Shown here: in pieces, positions 1 to 13,764 of the stretch | Layout of the letters: every line of letters starts with the position of its first letter | How positions within the stretch are numbered: position 1 is the stretch's first letter | Origin: Macrostomum lignano | Lineage: Eukaryota | DNA: 64,000 nt | Direction of reading: 5' to 3' | Assembly: GCA_002269645.1 (NCBI GenBank) | Contig: NIVC01000989.1 | Coordinates: 62,001 to 126,000 of the forward strand | Notes under the pieces: model-generated | Database searches by the model: none | Told to the model about the DNA's origin: nothing | What the model saw: the letters and a program-made list of their open reading frames with translations, nothing else | Made by a program: the position numbers and the translations under genes

Positions 1-40
1 CCCCGGTTTCTCAACCCTCCTGGGCCCACCTCCTTATACC

Positions 41-290
41 TTCCAACACCAACCCCCCACTTTTCTTACCCCCATTTGGGCCCACCACCTCACACCGCGT
101 CCAACACCAACCCCCCACTTTTCTACCCCATTTGGGCCCACCACCTCACACCGCGTCCAACACCAACCCCCCCACTTTTCTACCCCATTTGGGCCCACCA
201 CCTCACACCGCGTCCAACACACCCCAATTTTCTACCCCATTTGGGCCCACCACCTCACACCGCGTCCAACATCCACCCCCACTTTTCCTA
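41..290. repeat. Tandem repeat, ~56-bp unit, ~4.5 copies
   Basis: Unit CCAACACCAACCCCCCACTTTTCTACCCCATTTGGGCCCACCACCTCACACCGCGT; ARMH1 intron. Confidence 0.9.
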
Positions 291-393
291 GCACTCCTTG
301 TGCCGACCACCTCATGGACGCCCAGCACAACTCACACTGTCAAATTCTTCAACAGTAGCTGAGCCTGCATAGCTTCGTACATGTAACACTCAC

Positions 394-3342
394 CATAAAC
401 TGATCATAGAGCGCCTGTCCCATAGCCTCGCGCACGTGCTCATCAACGATAGGCAGTTTCCGACAGAGGAACTCCAGCGCAACAGATGCCTGCCTCTGGC
501 TATCGGCATGGTCCAAGTTGCCCATAGCGAACATCAGATGATGGACAGCTCGCAGATAGACAAGTCGATCACAGATTCTATCCGACTGTCTAGCCAATTC
601 GCCGATGCATTTCGCCGCGGCAGCCTGTTGAACGTAGATTGGCATCGGCGTGCTGCCGGCGTCGCCAGCGTCGCCGACTCCGCCAGACTGTTCCGCCCGG
701 CTGGTGTCGCGATTTGGTCGGAGAAGTGTCACTACGGCCTTGGATTTGGATAAAATGCGGAAAATTGTATCAACTTACATCAGGGAATCAGTTAACGTGG
801 CGCACCTCTGCTTTTCAACTGTTCAGAATCAACAACACCCCATTTCTCTACCCATGAGAATCAACAACACCCCATTTCTCTACAGATGAGAATCAACAAC
901 ACCCCATTTCTCTACCCATGAGAATCAACAACACCCCATTTCTCTACAGATGAGAATCAACAACACCCCATTTCTCTACCCATGATAATCAACAACACCC
1001 CATTTCTCTACCCATGAGAATCAACAACACCCCATTTCTCTACAGATGAGAATCAACAACACCCCATTTCTCTACCCATGAGAATCAACAACACCCCATT
1101 TCTCTACCCATGAGAAGCAACAACACTCCATTTCTCTACCCACGAGAGTCAACAACACCCCATTTTTCTACACATGAGAATCAACAACACCCCATTTCTC
1201 TACCCATGAGAATCAACAACACCCCATTTCTCTACCCACGAGAATCAACAACACCCCATTTTTTCTACCCATGAGAATCAACAACAGCCCACTTTTCTAC
1301 CCATGAGAATCAACAACACCCCATTTCTCTACCCATGAGAATCAACAACAGCCCACTTTTCTACCCACGAGAATCAACAACAGCCCACTTTTCTACCCAT
1401 GAGAATCAACAACACCCCATTTCTCTACCCATGAGAATCAACAACACCCCATTTCTCTACCCACGAAAATCAACAACACCCCATTTCTCTACCCATGAGA
1501 ATCAACAACACCCCATTTCTCTACCCATGAGAATCAACAACACCCCATTTCTCTACCCATGAGAATCAACAACCGCCCACTTTTCTACCCACGAGAATCA
1601 ACAACAGCCCACTTTTCTACCCATGAGAATCAACAACACCCCATTTCTCTACCCATGAGAATCAACAACACCCCATTTCTCTACCCACGAGAATCAACAA
1701 CACCCCATTTCTCTACCCATGAGAATCAACAACACCCCATTTCTCTACCCACGAGAATCAACAACACCCCATTTCTCTACCCATGAGAATCAACAACACC
1801 CCATTTCTCTACCAACGAGAATCAACAACACCCCATTTCTCTACCAACGAGAATCAACAACACCCCATTTCTCTACCCATGAGAATCAACAACACCCCAT
1901 TTCTCTACCCATGAGAATCAACAACACCCCATTTCTCTACCCATGAGAATCAACAACAGCCCACTTTTCTACCCATGAGAGTCAACCCCCCTTTTTTACC
2001 CATGAGAATCAACAACACCCCATTTCTCTACCCATGAGAATCAACAACAGCCCACTTTTCTACCCATGAGAGTCAACCCCCCTTTTTTACCCACGAGAAT
2101 AAACAACACCCTAACATATTCCAGAGAGATATATTTATTATATCAATACCTGCAGCAAGTCGTCAGCAATATTGTAATGCATGAGCTCCTTAATGAACTC
2201 AATAGTAGCCGACTGCACCTCGAGATGCAGCGTGTTCAACAAATTTGTGAGCCGTTCGACAATGACAGGATTGGCGTGCTTGACAATTGGCTGAACGAAT
2301 CGCAGAGTCTGCACGGCCATCTGCTGCGCAGTCGGCGAGGTGCACGGCAGCACAGCGATGAGGCCTTTGTAGACTTGCTCAACAAACCGAGCATTGCCAT
2401 CGGCCAGAGACTGGAGCAGGTAGCGGGCGGAGTCCTGAGTTCGCTCCGATTTTGATTTGGCCAAACATTCGGCCACGGCTCTGATTCCGTAGCTCTCGCA
2501 GATGATCTCCTTGTACTTGGTGCCTGAGCGGGGTTGCCGCGTTGAATTTGTGTTGTGATAAATTTTCAGTAGGGTTAACGAGGCCAATTCATCTTTGTGG
2601 GCGCCCCTGTCTCTTGTTGGGCGCCCCTGTCTCTCGGTGGGCGCCCCTGTCTCATGGTTGGGCGCTCCTGTCTCTTGTTGGGCGCCCCTGTCTCTCGGTG
2701 GGCGCCCCTGTCTCTCGGTGGTCGCCCCTGTCTCTCGGTGGGCGCCCCTGTCTCTTGGTGGGCGCCCCTGTCTCTTGGTTGGGCGCCCCTGTCTCTTGTT
2801 GGGCGCTCCTGTCTCTTTGTGGGCACCCCCTCTCTCTTAGTGTCATGGTGGGTCAAGCAGCACAATGGACGAAGTTTCAATCGAAAGTAATCATAAAAAT
2901 TAAAGAGACTTCTTCAAGTAGCACTTAGCAACGTACCGGCGTTAGCAATGCACTGCAGAATCCTAATAGCCCAATCTTTGTCCTCCTCTTTAGCCTTCTT
3001 GAGTCCCAGCAGCTCCAGCAAGCACATGATGCCGCCATGCTCTAGAAATTCTATCATAAAATTGTGACTTGTTGATGCGGATAGGAACAGGTGTATGGTC
3101 TCCAGCTGTTCTGTGACGCAGGTGCCAGTCATGTAGGTAAGCTTGAGCCAGACTGACACCCGGGCCAGAAATAAGCTGGCCATCTGGGCCAGCTCGAACT
3201 CCAACTCCGGACCCGACTTCTTCTGGTGCTGGTTGATAAAGTCTCGCAGGATGACCGATCGCTTAGCTTTGCTCGACTGATCCCACTCCCGCAGCATGTT
3301 CATGACATTCATTGTTGCTACTTCTTGCTTTGAGGAACCCAT
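394..3342 (-). CDS. ARMH1: Armadillo-like helical domain-containing protein 1 (C1orf228 homolog); 3' part lies beyond the window start
   Basis: Exons 3342-2937, 2523-2150 and 738-394 have GT-AG junctions in compatible phase (GCCG|gtacgt..ctcag|GCACC; CAG|gtattg..ccaag|GCC; ATG|gtgagt). The peptides LREWD, LFLARVSVWLKLTY, YKEIICESYGIRAVAECLAKSKS, QVYKGLIAVLPC, QQAAAAKCIG and MGNLDHADSQRQAS match the ARMH1 family as I recall it. Confidence 0.85.
825..2110. repeat. Minisatellite, 32-bp unit, ~40 copies
   Basis: Unit GAGAATCAACAACACCCCATTTCTCTACCCAT; ARMH1 intron. Confidence 0.97.
2597..2830. repeat. Minisatellite, ~20-bp unit
   Basis: Unit GGGCGCCCCTGTCTCTCGGT and variants; ARMH1 intron 1. Confidence 0.95.
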
Positions 3343-4818
3343 TTTTTCGCTGGCTACAATGAGCTGAAAACCAGGAAAAATCAATAGTTGTTGAGTTTCA
3401 AGCATCTCAACGAAGGAACGAGGCTAAGATTAGTTGAAGCGAATGGCTAGAATTATACTTAAAAAATTAAAAATAATAAAATAGCGTCGATCTCAGGTGA
3501 AGACTGAAGCGGTGAAGTAGATGTGGTGTTTACAGCGAAAGAGATGGTTTGCGCGAACATAATAAGTTTGAATTATGTGACAGGAGATCAACCATAGACT
3601 GCCTTGTACAGAAATAATTATTGCATTCAGAACAAGGCTATTTTCTTTATATGCCACCTAAGAAAATTAGGTTACTCTAACAGAATGATATGAAAGAAAT
3701 TATCAGCAGGCAATGTTAGCTGCCTCCAACAGTGACGCTTGAAGTGGAATTAAAAACGTGATTTACAAACCATGAAGTTATAATCTTTCCATGTAATTTT
3801 TTCTTACTTCAAATACAGTCTCACGGAAATCCATGGTGTTTCATAGGGGAGAAGGAAAACTATATTATAAAGAAACCCTGTACTGTAAGAGACCCAAATA
3901 TGCGAGCTATCGGGCTACCCTGCTACTTAACTGTAGAGATGCAAACTATGACTGTTAAAATATTTTAAACAGTTGATTAATTATGTCGTTAAAAATCGAA
4001 CAACTACCGTGCAATCCTAATATAAATTTTAGAGCTACTTTTAAACTTAAATTATTGATACAACATACAACTATTGAGTATTGAAATTTGAGGGTAACAT
4101 TTATTCTACCGTCTACAAGAAAATCACACTCATATCATAGTAATAGCTAAACTAAAAAATCTTAATTAGTCATTTTCCTAATAAAAGCCATAAATAAAAA
4201 ATATGGATATGGAAGGATACGTGAAATAAAAGTATTTATGTGATTGAACTTGATATGTAGCACTAAAACAACAATTTTTAGTCAAAGTTAAAATTTCCCT
4301 GTACGCAGAAGAAACAACAAACACATAGAATTTTCGACTGTAAGTTTTCTATAGCTATTTTTATTAATTAAAATACTTAATTATTCAAGCTACGGAATTT
4401 TACTTAAAATATACAAAACATTCTAATTTGATTTGTTTAACTATTAATAACCTATAGAAGAATTAAAGTAGTAAAAGTCTGCCCAAGTGTAGTTATTTTA
4501 TTCAAAGCCTGTATTTAAAGAGAAAAAATAGTAATATTTTCACTTTAGAGGACTGTCTGAAACTTTTTCTTTTTAAACAAAGTCCCTACAACTCTTCTGT
4601 GTAAAAAACATATTTCCGAGTTTTATAAATAACGTACCTAATGTCTTAACTTAACGACCTACGGAATTTGGTTAACGCTGAATCACTACACTATTATTTT
4701 TTGTGTCGCAAAGCTAGCACGTTACTTTCTTATTACGAAGGTGTAACTCTTTACTCTTAAATAATCTGCTCATTATTATTTTATTGACAAATACTTAAAA
4801 AGGCATTTCAGCGCCAAA
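3343..4818. promoter_or_regulatory. Putative bidirectional promoter between head-to-head ARMH1 and CCT5
   Basis: Divergent start codons at 3342 (-) and 4819 (+) are about 1.5 kb apart; no specific motif identified. Confidence 0.5.
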
Positions 4819-4938
4819 ATGAATGTTGGACCACAAGCTAGGCCTATGAATCTTGCTTTTGATGAGTATGGACGTCCATTCATTATTGTGAAAGATCAGG
4901 AAAGGCAAAAACGTCTTACTGGCATTGATGCTCATAAG
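4819..4938 (+). CDS. CCT5: CCT5 coding exon 1 (absent from the ORF track)
   Basis: Translates to [40 protein letters not shown], followed by donor gtatgt; joins in phase 0 to [10 protein letters not shown] at 8234. Confidence 0.93.
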
Positions 4939-7900
4939 GTATGTTAGCTTGTTAAGCATAACCTATTTATTGAAACTAGTTTATATACTTATTTAAAGTA
5001 AACTTATATACTATTAGAAAATGTTTGCCAAAAAACATAAGACAGACAGAGAGTATGCCCACATTTTTTATTAAAAAAAAACAAAAGAAATTATGTACTA
5101 AGCTAAGGACGTCAATATATATGATTTTATTATGCAATAAATATATTAGGTTCCCTTTTAAGTGCAAATTATTAAATAAAAAACTTTTTCTAGTTTTTTG
5201 AAATACAATATAATAGCAATGTATATACTTATAATTATAGTTGCAGGTTATTTTGTCTATTGTCAGTTATTTGTTGGAGGTCTATACTCTATGGTAAGGT
5301 GGACAGTTTGTTTGCTCTTGTATAAAATGAAAACAATTTTATACAAGAGCAGACAATAAAGGGATAAAATAAAAAAATTAGATATATATAAAAGTATAAA
5401 ATTAGTAAAAGTATAAATGCATATATTGGTGCAAAACCAATATTTGTTAGAAATAAGCATATATTTTTTATCATTTAGACTTAGTGCTATTTTTATTAAG
5501 ATAAAAGTATTAAGTTTGAATGCTTGTTTTAGTAGAAAGGTTGGGCAAAGGTTATGTTGCCAAAAAGTATATTACATAAAAGTTGCAAAATTTTGTAAAT
5601 TGAAATGCATTTTGTACCAGTAAAAGTGGAGTCTAATCTAAAAGTCTGAAGTTCACAAAGTCTATGAATCAAATAAATTCATCTAAGAAGCCTCATTTAG
5701 AAGCTCTTACAATAAAGCTACTACAACATTGCAATAGAGCTATTGCAGTTAGCTTGCCCATTGCATATAATTGCCAAGCTTCCTGCAATATAGCTGTAAA
5801 GTTCTGGCTAAAGACTATCATTGTGCTAGTAGCAGTGCTATATGCTACAATTACAAGTCAAACAGCTGCATCTGTGTTGCTAGCATATCTAATAGTAGGA
5901 AAAAGTTGGTGTTGCTTGTTTATTGTTTTCCCAACTTTGCATGTTAGGATTTAGCAATGTTGCTAGTCCAGTTGTACTGCATAAATATGGATGGTTATCA
6001 GTGCTCAAGATAGCTACAGGCAGATAAGGTAAAGTCATTAGCTTCTAGTAGAAAATATAGGTTGTCTGGTTAGTTGCATATGTAGAGATAAGTCCTAGAT
6101 TTCCAATGCAGTAATAGACAGCCTAAGAGTAATAGAAGATGCAGTCTTAGATGAGCACTTTAAGGAGTAGTTTGCGTAGTGCCATCTATACTGTTGTCTC
6201 AAAATCAATAAGTATGTCATTGCCATTATTAGGCATTACTGACTTAAGCATTGGTACCATCAGCAATGCTAGCAGCATTGACAGCCTAGCCCTAGCAATG
6301 TTAGCAACATTGGCAGTTGCAGCATTGGTAATATTGGCAGCTACAACATTGGCAGCATTAGTAGTATCAGCAGTTGCAGCATTGGCAACATCAGCAATAC
6401 TAGTAGCATTGGCTACCTTGGCAGTGCTAGCAGCATTGGTAGCACTAGTAGCATTGGCAATGTTAGCAGTATTGGTAGTTGCAGCATTAGTAGTACTAGT
6501 AGCATCAACAATATTGGCAGCATCAGCAATGCTAGCAGCGTCAGCAGTGCTAGTAGTATTAGCAGCTGCAGTGTTGGTAGCAGGATCTTAGCACTTGCTG
6601 CAGAACTAATCAAAACTGATGAGTTTTGTCAAGTATGCCTATTCTTCAGTGGATACACCTGGTGTGCAATAGACTATGCCTTTTAATTAGCAGTTCATAG
6701 CATGGGATGAATAAACATATAATTTTCTATGTATAGTATTAGAAATATTATGAAATATTAAAAATATTGTAACTTTTTTTTGTTTAAATCACAGCAAGAG
6801 AACCTATAAATCTAGAAGCAGCCAGCAAGAGAGGAGTCAACTTGTTCTTTTGTTTGCTTCTGCATTAAAAAGCTTAAGCAATACTTCTGTCTAGGTTATT
6901 AAGGAGCATTGAAAGCCCTAAGATTGGGAGAATTCACTCCAATCTCAGAGAATAAGACCTATAGATTTATAATCTAGGAAATTGCCTTAGAAGATAGAAC
7001 ATCTACCCAAGGGTAAGAACTCCAGTCCTAAGATCTAAGATATTTGCCTAAAGGCAGTCAACTTCCAGAGTGTAAGCTAGGACCCTCTGATCCCTATGCT
7101 AGGACTAAGAGAATTCCTGGGAATTCTCTCAATTCTCTCAATTGCAGTGTACATGATCCCTTTTAGAAGAATAATTAGAAGTATAGAAATAGGGTTTAAT
7201 GCCAATAGACTGCTAAGGCCAAGAAATAAAACATATTACCAATAGCTAAGTACATATTTAGTATGTACTTAGTACATATTTAGTAGATAAGTACATATGC
7301 TACCAATATGTACATTTATAGGCTACCAGTAATATCTGTGTACATGAAATATTAGCAAAGTATATTTAGTAATAGGAACATTAGGAAATTGTAGCAGCTT
7401 GGTGGTAGCAACAAAATTATAGTAGAGGAAACAGCCCTAGCACAACTTTGGTGATAGTTTTCAAGATTATTATAGACAGAAAACACTATTATAACTTTTG
7501 GTAATAGCAATTAAGATTTAGAAAAAAGAAGTGAGCCCCTTTGACATGTCTAACATATTTATATATATATATATATATATATGTAGGATTAATCTGTTTT
7601 TTTTTTAAAAAACCTATTTCTTTCTTTTTTAGAATGTCTATACTACAGTATGGTTTTTTGACTTGGAGTTAAGACTTTATTGAACTCTGTTAATATCAGC
7701 ATAAATATATCCATTCTTATCATTCCATAAGAATTCTGGCTACTTTTAGTTGCATATTATAAGCTGATTAAATGTTTTTGCATGATCAAGTTTGGAGCAT
7801 TTTCTTATTATAAAAATAAGTGACTACAATCTATTTATGACACTAGATTGATGAAAATTGCTAAATTAAAGTTGAGAATCACCCAGGTAACAAAGCAAGT

Positions 7901-10900
7901 CATATACATATTTTGTTTTATCTTTTAACTAGATAAATTTCAATTCTATCTTTAAATTGATAGACCAAAAGTATATTATTATAACTGATAATATAAGAAT
8001 TTTTATATAATGATATATACTAAAATAAATAAAATAGAAACAGTATAATAGCTATTGTATATGCATTATTAAAATGATTAATTTTTAATAATTAATTTAA
8101 TTAAATCTAATATCCATTTGTTCAATCCTAATAAATGTTTTACAAGTATCAGTTCTAAAAATGTTTATATAGTCAGTTTTTTTAAATCCTAACTTTTTAT
8201 AAATTAACCTGTACTAAATAAACAAAATTTTAGTCGCACATCCTGGCAGCCAAGTCTGTTGCCAATTGTCTGCGAACATCCCTAGGCCCAAAAGGCCTGG
8301 ACAAACTGATGGTCAGTCCAGATGGCGACCTTACTGTTACCAACGATGGCAGAACTATTTTAGAGAAGATGGACGTCGATCATGAGATTGCTAAGCTGAT
8401 GGTGCAGCTCAGCAAATCTCAGGATGACGAGATTGGCGATGGTACCACTGGTGAGTCGGTCTGCTTTTTAGTGGAGAAGATCTGCTTAAATATTGCTCTC
8501 AGATCAGGAGGGTGAGATTCTCATTCCAGTCTCATCTCTAGAGGTTTAGATTCTTATTCCAGTCTCATCTCTAGAGGTTTAGATTCTTATTCCAGTCTCA
8601 TCTCTAGAGGTTTAGATTCTTATTCCAGTCTCATCTCTAAGAGGTTTAGATTCTTATTCCAGTCTCATCTCTAAGAGGTTTAGATTCTTATTCCAGTCTC
8701 ATCTCTAGAGGTTTAGATTCTTATTTCAGTCTCATCTCTAGAGGTTTAGATTCTTATTCCAGTCTCATTTCTAAGAGGTTTAGATTCTTATTCCAGTCTC
8801 ATTTCTAAGAGGTTTAGATTCTTATTCCAGTCTCATCTCTAGAGGTTTAGATTCTTATTCCAGTCTCATCTCTAAGAGGTTTAGATTCTTATTCCAGTCT
8901 CATCTCTAGAGGTTTAGATTCTTATTCCAGTCTCATCTCTAAGAGGATTAGATTCTTATTCCAGTCTCATCTCTAAGAGGATTAGATTCTTATTCCAGTC
9001 TCATCTCTAAGAGGATTAGATTCTTATTCCAGTCTCATCTCTAAGAGGATTAGATTCTTATTCCAGTCTCATCTCTAAGAGGTTTAGATTCTTATTCCAG
9101 TCTCATCTCTAGAGGTTTAGATTCTTATTCCAGTCTCATCTCTAAGAGGATTAGATTCTTATTCCAGTCTCATCTCTAGAGGATTAGATTCTTATTCCAG
9201 TCTCATCTCTAGAGGATTAGATTCTTATTCCAGTCTCATCTCTAAGAGGTTTAGATTCTTATTCCAGTCTCATCTCTAAGAGGTTTAGATTCTTATTCCA
9301 GTCTCATCTCTAGAGGTTTAGATTCTTATTCCAGTCTCATCTCTAAGAGGATTAGATTCTTATTCCAGTCTCATCTCTAGAGGATTAGATTCTTATTCCA
9401 GTCTCATCTCTAGAGGATTAGATTCTTATTCCAGTCTCATCTCTAAGAGGTTTAGATTCTTATTCCAGTCTCATCTCTAAGAGGTTTAGATTCTTATTCC
9501 AGTCTCATCTCTAAGAGGATTAGATTCTTATTCCAGTCTCATCTCTAAGAGGATTAGATTCTTATTCCAGTCTCATCTCTAAGAGGATTAGATTCTTATT
9601 CCAGTCTCATCTCTAAGAGGATTAGATTCTTATTCCAGTCTCATCTTTAGAGAGTGAGATTCTCATACCAGTCTCATCTCTAAAGGGTAAGATTCTCATT
9701 CCAGTCTCATTTCTAGCTTAAGGGGTGAGATTCTCATTCCAGTCTCATCTCTAAAGGGTAAGATTCTCATTCCAGTCTCATTTCTAGCTTAAGGGGTGAG
9801 ATTCTCATTCCAGTATTATCTCTAGAGGGTGAGATTCTGATTGTAGTCTCGGCTCTTGGTATGGTTCTCTTTTCAATCTTAACCCATTATAGGGTGAGAT
9901 TCTCATCATGGTCTGAATTCGATACTTTAATATGATTATAGTATAATAATTATAGTACAGTTAAGCAAGTCAGTGGGATGGAAGATTCTCATAAGCCTTT
10001 CAACCTGCCGCAGGCGTAGTGGTCTTGGCCGGAGCCCTGCTGGAACAAGCTGATGTACTGCTAGACAAGGGCATTCACGCTACACGAATTGCCGAAGGCT
10101 ACGAGCAAGCCGCCGCCATTGCTATTCGTCATCTGGAGTCCATCGCTGACAAGTTCGAGTTTAGCCGCGATAATAAAGAGCCACTGATCGAGACCGCCAT
10201 GACCACCCTGGGCTCGAAGATTATCAACCGGTTGCACCGGAAGTTCGCCGAGATCGCTGTCGACGCTGTCCTATCCGTGGCCGACTTTGAGCGCAAAGAT
10301 GTCGACTTTGAATTGATCAAAGTTGAAGGCAAAGTTGGCGGCAAACTGGAAGATTCTATGCTAATCCGAGGGGTCTTGGTGGACAAAGACATGTCCCATC
10401 CGCAGATGCCCAAGCGCGTTTCCGATGCTCGCATTGCCATCCTGACCTGCCCGTTTGAGCCGCCAAAGCCCAAGACTAAGCATTCGCTTCTGGTGCAAAC
10501 TGTTGAAGACTATGAGAAATTGCGCGAGTATGAGCACAATAAATTTGAAGAGATGGTCGACCAGGTGAAGGCTACTGGCGCTAATCTGGTTATCTGTCAG
10601 TGGGGCTTCGACGATGAGGCCAACCATCTGCTGTTGCACAAGCAGCTGCCCGCCGTTCGCTGGGTTGGCGGCCCAGAGATTGAACTTATTGCTATTGCAA
10701 CTGGCGGTAGGATTGTGCCCAGGTCAGTTTGGGGTGAAGATCTGATGGTTATGGTTGATCAGCCCGCTACCTCACTTATTATTGGATTGATCCACCCCCT
10801 ACTTCACTTATTATTGGATTGATCCGCCCCCTACCTCACTTATTATTGGATTGATCCGCCCCCTACCTCACTTATTATTGGACTTATCCACCCCCTACTT

Positions 10901-13227
10901 CACTTATTATTGGATTGATCCGCCCCCTACTTCACTTATTATTGGATTGATCCGCCCCCTACCTCACTTATTATTGGACTGATCCGCCCCCTACCTCACT
11001 TATTATTGGATTGATCCGCCCTCTACCTTGCTAATCTAATCCGCCCTCTACTCAAACTAATGCACCCCTACTCATTGGACTCATCCGCTCCCTATTTGAC
11101 AAATCCGCCCCCCGGTCACCGCCCCCGCAGATTCGAGGAGCTGACAGCCGAGAAGCTGGGCCGGGCCGGGTTGGTCCGCGAGTTAAGCTTCGGCACCACT
11201 CGCGAGCGCATGCTGGTTATCGAAGAGTGCGCTAATAGTCGAGCTGTCACAATCTTCATTCGCGGCGGCAATAGTATGATTGTTGAGGAGGCTAAGCGCT
11301 CGGTTCACGACGCTCTGTGCGTTGTTCGCAATCTGGTGCGCGATTCTCGCATCGTGTACGGTGGCGGTGCCGCTGAGCTGGCCTGCTCACAGAAGGTGCG
11401 CTTGTTGATTGCTTTTCTTTGTTTAATATAGTCAGATATAAATCCCAGATTTGGGATCTGAATCCCTGATTTGGGATCTGAATCCCTGATTTGGGATCTG
11501 AATCCCTGATTTGGGATCTGAATCCCTGATTTGGGATCTGAATCCCTGATTTGGGATCTGAATCCCTGATTTGGGATCTGAATCCCTGATTTGGGATCTG
11601 AATCCCTGATTTTTGGGATCTGAATCTCTGATTTAGGATCCGAATTTCCGATTTGGGATTTGAATCTCTTATTCGGGATTTGAATCTCTGATTTTTGGGA
11701 TCTGAATCCCTGATTTGGGATCCTAATTTCTGATTTGGGACCCGAATCTTTGATTTTTGGGATCCGAATCCCTGATTTTTGGGATCCGAATCCCTGATTT
11801 TTGGGATCTGAATCCCTGATTTTTTGGGATCCGAATCTCTGATTTTTGGGATCCGAATCTCTGATTTAAAATCAGATCCCTGATTTCTGATTCAGGATTT
11901 GAATCTCTGAAAAAGAGACTCTGGATCTGGGATTGGGATCTAAATTTGGGACTTTAATTCACTGAATCTTGGATTGGGAACTGATACTGAATTAATTTTA
12001 AAGTACTGGAATTCCTATATTTTTACTCTACTTGAAGTACTATCTATATACAAACAAAAAGTTTTGCCAAATCTGCGCAGGTGATGCAAGTGGCCGACAC
12101 GGAGACCCCTGGCCTGGAGCAGTACGCTATGCGGGCCTTCGCCGAAGCCTGCGAGTCCATCGTACTGGCTCTGGCTGACAATTCCGGCTTCGGGCCAATT
12201 GAAACTCTGGGCGAATTGAAGGCTCGCCACGCTACGGAGGACAACCCTAGGCTTGGTGTGGACTGCCTGCAGCGCGGCACTTGCGATATGCGAGAGCAGA
12301 AGGTAACTGGCTGGCTGGTTAAGGCTGTTCCCTGACTCAGTTCCCTGTTTCCTGTTTTTCTTTATCTCAACTCTTTTCCTTACCCTCACCTTCCCTCACC
12401 ATCTATCCACTTCTTCCCTTCTTCGTTACCCTCTCACTTAACCTCTCGCTTTCTACCTCTGCGTCACCTTCTCCCTCCCTCACTCCCACCCTCTCTCTGC
12501 CTCCCTCATTCTCCCCCTCCCTCACTCCCTCTCCCCCTCCCTCACTCTCAGTCTCACCCTCTCTCACCCTCTCCCTCTTCTCCCTCTCACTCTCACCCTC
12601 TCACTCTCACCCTCTCTCACCCTCTCCCTCTTCTTCCTCTCACTCTCATCCTCTCCCTCGTCTCCCTCTCACTCTCACCCTCTCACTCTCACCCTCTCCC
12701 TCTTCTCCCTCTCACTCTCACCCTCACCCTCTCTCCCTCTCTCACCCTCTCCCTCTTCTTCCTCTCACTCTCATCCTCTCCCTCGTCTCCCTCTCACTCT
12801 CACCCTCTCCCTCTTCTCCCTCCCTCACCCCTCCCCTCCCTCACTTCCACCCTCTCTCTGCCTCCCTCACTCCCTCTCCCCCTCCTCACTCTCACTCTCC
12901 CTCTTCACCCTCCCTCACTGTCATCCTCTCCCTCTTCCTGACTCACTCTCTCTCACCCACCATCTCACCATCTTCGTATGCTTCATATATAAAGTTAATT
13001 AAAATACAATGCCGCCAAAAAGTTGATTTGTTGCTGCTCTCAAACAAACGAACACAAAATTTAATCGTACAATTAAAAATAACCAACACAATCCGCAGGT
13101 AATCGAGACGCTGAGCAGCAAACGTGCTCAGCTTATGCTGGCCGTACAGCTGTGCAAGATGATTCTAAAAATCGACGACATCCGTGCTATGGAGGACAAG
13201 CAGGAGTACAGCTATCCTATGGGCTAA
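4819..13227 (+). CDS. CCT5: T-complex protein 1 subunit epsilon (CCT/TRiC chaperonin), 553 aa
   Basis: Exons 4819-4938, 8234-8450, 10014-10722, 11131-11395, 12081-12302 and 13099-13227 total 1662 nt in one frame. Chaperonin motifs: [89 protein letters not shown]. Confidence 0.96.
6280..6600. repeat. Degenerate GCA/GTA/TTG low-complexity tract
   Basis: Recurrent agcattggca/gtagca motifs in CCT5 intron 1. Confidence 0.75.
8508..9835. repeat. Minisatellite, 33/34-bp unit, ~38 copies
   Basis: Unit GAGGTTTAGATTCTTATTCCAGTCTCATCTCTA(A); edge units read GAGGGTGAGATTCTC; CCT5 intron 2. Confidence 0.97.
10755..11060. repeat. Minisatellite, 32-bp unit, ~9 copies
   Basis: Unit GGATTGATCCGCCCCCTACCTCACTTATTATT; CCT5 intron 3. 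Confidence 0.95.
11441..11900. repeat. Minisatellite, 20-bp unit
   Basis: Unit TTTGGGATCTGAATCCCTGA; CCT5 intron 4. Confidence 0.95.
12390..12965. repeat. Polypyrimidine (CT-rich) tract
   Basis: About 570 bp of ctctcactctcaccctctccctc-type sequence; CCT5 intron 5. Confidence 0.95.
13099..13227 (+). CDS. CCT5: CCT5 terminal exon (absent from the ORF track)
   Basis: ccgcag|GTA ATC GAG; translates to [42 protein letters not shown]. Confidence 0.93.
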   Translation, partial: VIETLSSKRAQLMLAVQLCKMILKIDDIRAMEDKQEYSYPMG

Positions 13228-13764
13228 TTGGATTGATTTGAGCTAAGGCAAATTCTGATATACTACTTACTACTACTACTTTTAATAAGTTTTTGTTTAC
13301 AATAATTAATATTTTGCTTTTAAACAGTGCCGCCATCTTGACTAAGTGTTAAGTTGTTAAACCGTGTTGCTAAGGCATCCCCTGTCCTCACAATACTACT
13401 TACTCTCTCTCTATGAAAGCTTGATAAGTAGCCTTGTTGTTTCATTGTTAGTTATGAGCAGAATAGGGCAAGTCTTAAAGAATATTGAGCAGCTAGATTG
13501 AAGGCTAAAGAATGCAAAATTAACATCTCTGCTATTAATTATTACTTACTCAGTAGTAGCTACAAAATCCACATAAAAATAAATGAATAAATCAACCGTC
13601 TCGTCAGCTTTTTTACTATCTTCAGCTATCCTCCTTTTTGACTTGGATCAAAATTGTTTGACTTTGATTTATTGTGCTATATATTTCTTATATATATTTT
13701 TGTATTCTGAGCATATCTGAGTTCTGAGTAATTATGATACCTAGATATGGACCACTAAAAGCTA

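Noticed and set aside
6151-6591. Hydrophobic Ala/Leu/Val-rich 146-aa ORF
   Set aside because: Low-complexity GCA/GTA/TTG tract in CCT5 intron 1; no family motif.
6612-6720. C/D snoRNA candidate in CCT5 intron 1 (TGATGA box)
   Set aside because: No D box (CTGA) at a suitable distance and no terminal stem.
13091-13105. CAG|GTAATC at the CCT5 last-exon acceptor as a recursive or zero-length exon site
   Set aside because: GTA ATC encodes the conserved Val-Ile of VIETL, so coding constraint explains it.
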